Of a stretch of 62,164 bases of DNA, positions 61,192 to 62,164 are shown piece after piece. The translations under genes and the position numbers were made by a program. The DNA comes from Octopus bimaculoides (lineage: Eukaryota): contig NC_068997.1 in assembly GCF_001194135.2 (NCBI RefSeq), forward strand, positions 51,583,462 to 51,645,625, read 5' to 3'. Position 1 is the first letter of the stretch; the number at the start of each line of letters is the position of its first letter. The notes under the pieces are model-generated. The model was not told the DNA's origin and did not search any database. It saw nothing but the letters and a program-made list of their open reading frames with translations.

Positions 61192-62111
61192 GTGTGTGTG
61201 TGTGTGTGCGTGTATACATATATATATATATATATGCAAAAACACCTTGCAGCCATAAGGTGTGTATGTGAATTGTTTACAGAAATACCTTCACTATAAT
61301 CCCATGATATTAATCATATTTTCATGACATAGATCCCTTTGTCCATAGCTGTCTAGAACCATCCTACCAACATCAGCATCAGTATTAACAGTAATATTTC
61401 GAGTTGTATTAACTACAGCAGACATGAGACAAGCCTTAGAAGATATCTCACCAATATGTGGTGAATGTTTCCTATTCTTACAAAGTAAGAATATGGAACG
61501 GCATAGATGCCACAACTTGAATTCTATGAATGTAATGTGAAAAAAATTATTGTCGTTTAATAAATCTTAGAATAAACGTTCAATCTTTGCTTAATTAAAT
61601 GACCATAAATATAATTAAAATTTTGCGATATCTACCAGATTAGGTTAAAAAAATAGAAACATAATTCTTTCGTTGCGATAAAGATTAACCAGTTCTCTTG
61701 GGATTAGTCAAAGCATAACCAAAGATTCTCACACACAGATTGAAACAATCCTATTAATCCAAACACATATTACGATTTGGATTTATTTTGAAGTGTTGGA
61801 TTTTCGTATGAAAAGTGGGTGGAATTATACCGAATCTTCTTGGTTTTCTGTAACGCTTTATACACAACGGCCAGTAGATGTTGCTCGCTTCAAACGATAT
61901 TTATGTCCACGTAGAGGTGTCCATATATTGATGCATGTTAAAACATTTTCATGCATTAAACGGTTACTGGGAACTTTGACAGAATCCCATAGAGTAAAAA
62001 TAAATAAGATTCTATAGTAAAAGGCATAAGAACTCTCGTGTGACTACATTGAAATTACATAAAACTTCTGGGTTCAGTTCCACTGCGTGGTAAATTGTAT
62101 ATATGTGTATA

Positions 62112-62164
<53 letters not shown>

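Noticed and set aside
358-62017. Most ORFs in the six-frame track (poly-YI, VC, HT, LS, ER, poly-X)
   Set aside because: They are translations of microsatellites or N-gaps, not genes.

Overview
AT-rich eukaryotic draft-assembly DNA with 14 N-gaps, almost all flanked by microsatellites. The repeat families look like those of an octopus (coleoid cephalopod); this is recognition, not a database result. No host protein-coding exon can be supported, so the window is probably intronic or intergenic, and most of the ORF track is translated microsatellite. Content: about 45 copies or fragments of three tRNA-derived SINE groups (labelled A, C and D here); relics of Tc1 (DD34E), mariner and rosa-like transposases; a 127-bp MITE; a decayed Ty3/Gypsy-like pol; and probable LINE fragments. 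The main result is a set of minimal type I hammerhead ribozyme (HHR) motifs of the Penelope-like element (PLE) type, from several unrelated lineages. One sits in the tail of a composite element at 34521-34885: tRNA-derived Pol III head, PLE-like tail with HHR, and an inverted copy of the tail at the 5' end. This suggests a SINE mobilised by Penelope-like machinery. One HHR (15195-15229) has an intact core and lies about 250 bp from a second HHR on the same strand. SINE boundaries are approximate (about +/-10 bp).
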